DNA from: Paraspadella gotoi
Lineage: Eukaryota > Animalia > Chaetognatha
Length of the DNA stretch: 64,000 bases
Assembly: GCA_051294375.1 (NCBI GenBank)
Contig: CM119264.1
Span: forward strand, 619,173-683,172
Direction of reading: 5' to 3'
Shown: one piece after another, positions 62,691-64,000 of the stretch
How positions within the stretch are numbered: the first letter of the stretch is position 1
How the letters are laid out: every line of letters begins with the position of its first letter
Program-made: the position numbers and the translations under genes
The notes under the pieces: generated by a model
What the model was told of the DNA's origin: nothing
Database searches by the model: none
The model's input: the letters and a program-made list of their open reading frames with translations, nothing else

Positions 62691-64000
62691 AGCTAACGCA
62701 CTTTGTTTATAAAAATCATCCTTTCATTTAAAAAAAGTTGATTTTTAATTTTTGTGCCTTAAATATTTTATATATTTTATATAATTAAAAATATGTATGG
62801 AAGTATTGCTTAAAAAAAATGTTGTTTTTTCTAAATCTAAAGCTGGTTCTTTTTTCAGATTTAAAACTCTGAAATAATGAGAGCGAGACATCGAGAGAAA
62901 AAGAGTGAAACTGAGGGAGAAACTTCCTTACCTGCCAAAGAGACAATTTCAGATTCAAAAAAAAAAAAAAAAAAAGAAAAAAAAGAAGAAAATCGAATGA
63001 AGGAAAAGAAAACTGAAATTTATTTGTTTTTTCTTTCCATTTTGTGTGCGAGGAAACCGAATTTTGGCCTTATTTTCCGAGAACGCCCCATTTTGTATCA
63101 ATAATAAAATTAATAGAATATATTTAGTGAAAATAAATCGTTGTTGTCACAAATTCAAATTTAGTTTTTAAGTTAATTATTAAAGTTAATAGTAAATTTT
63201 TGATTAAACTAAAGGAAATGCGGCATTCTTAAAAAAGAGAGCCCAATGTTGTCTGTGTGGAGAGAGCTAATTCTGTGTGTGGAAGGAATTTCTTAGAATT
63301 CGGGGACGAAAATCGCGTTGAGAAGGAGAAACTCGATTCAGGAGGCAATAAATTGAATCTTTTCTTTTCTTTTCTTTTCTTTTCTTTTCTTTTCTTTTCT
63401 TTTCTTTATTTTTCTTTTTTTTCTTTTCTTTTCTTTTCTTTTCTTTTTTTCCTTTTCTTTTTTTTCTTTTCTTTTCTTCTTCTCTTCTATTTCTTTTCTT
63501 TTCTTTTCTTTTCTTTTCTTTATTTTTCTTTTCTTTTCTTTTCTTTTCTTTTCTTTTCTTTTCTTTTCTTTTCTTTTCTTTATTTTTCTTTTTTTTCTTT
63601 TCTTTTCTTTTCTTTTTTTTCTTTTCTTTTTTTCTTTTCTTTTCTTTTTCTTTTCTATTTCTTTTCTTTTCTTTTCTTTATTTTTCTTTTTTTTCTTTTC
63701 CTTTCTTTTCCTTTATTTTCTTTTCTTTTATTTTCTTTTCTTTTTTTTTCTTTTCNNNNNNNNNNNNNNNNNNNNNNNNNAAGAGAGAGATTTTAAAAAG
63801 AAAGGAAAGAAGAGAAAAAAAGGAGAGGAAAGGAGAGGAGGGAAAGGAAAGGATTGACAAGAAAAAGAAAGGAGGTGAAGAGATGAAATGGAAAGGAAAA
63901 ATAAAGGAAAGGAGAGATTGGAAAAGGACGCAATGAAAAGAAAAGAAAAAGAAAAGAAAGAAAAGAAAAAAGAAAGAAAAGAAAAGAAAAGAAAAGAAAG

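Overview
AT-rich, microsatellite-dense genomic DNA from a eukaryote, most likely an invertebrate animal, in a draft assembly. The window has many N-gaps, ten of exactly 25 N. Several kilobase segments occur twice, with one copy full of 1-bp indels, so much of the apparent duplication and the two large palindromes look like long-read gap-filling artefacts or alternative haplotypes. Almost all ORFs in the track are simple-repeat translations. The best-supported coding sequence is a 126-nt phase 1-1 exon on the minus strand encoding a pacifastin-type six-cysteine domain (1085-1210, second copy 3053-3178). Its splice acceptor is amplified ninefold inside an 84/85-bp minisatellite, and in copy 2 its donor is also tandemly duplicated. 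Weaker exon candidates are a minus-strand exon with 12 N-glycosylation sequons (39589-39849) and two signal-peptide-like first exons (9125-9314 minus, 62041-62453 plus). Mobile DNA includes DINE-1/HINE-like Helentron elements (one with filled and empty sites), a TTAA-flanked Kolobok-like MITE (filled and empty sites), a 600-bp foldback MITE, tRNA-headed SINEs, a tRNA-Leu fragment and a decayed Penelope-type hammerhead. No prokaryotic features or CRISPR are present, and I see no clearly new multi-gene system.
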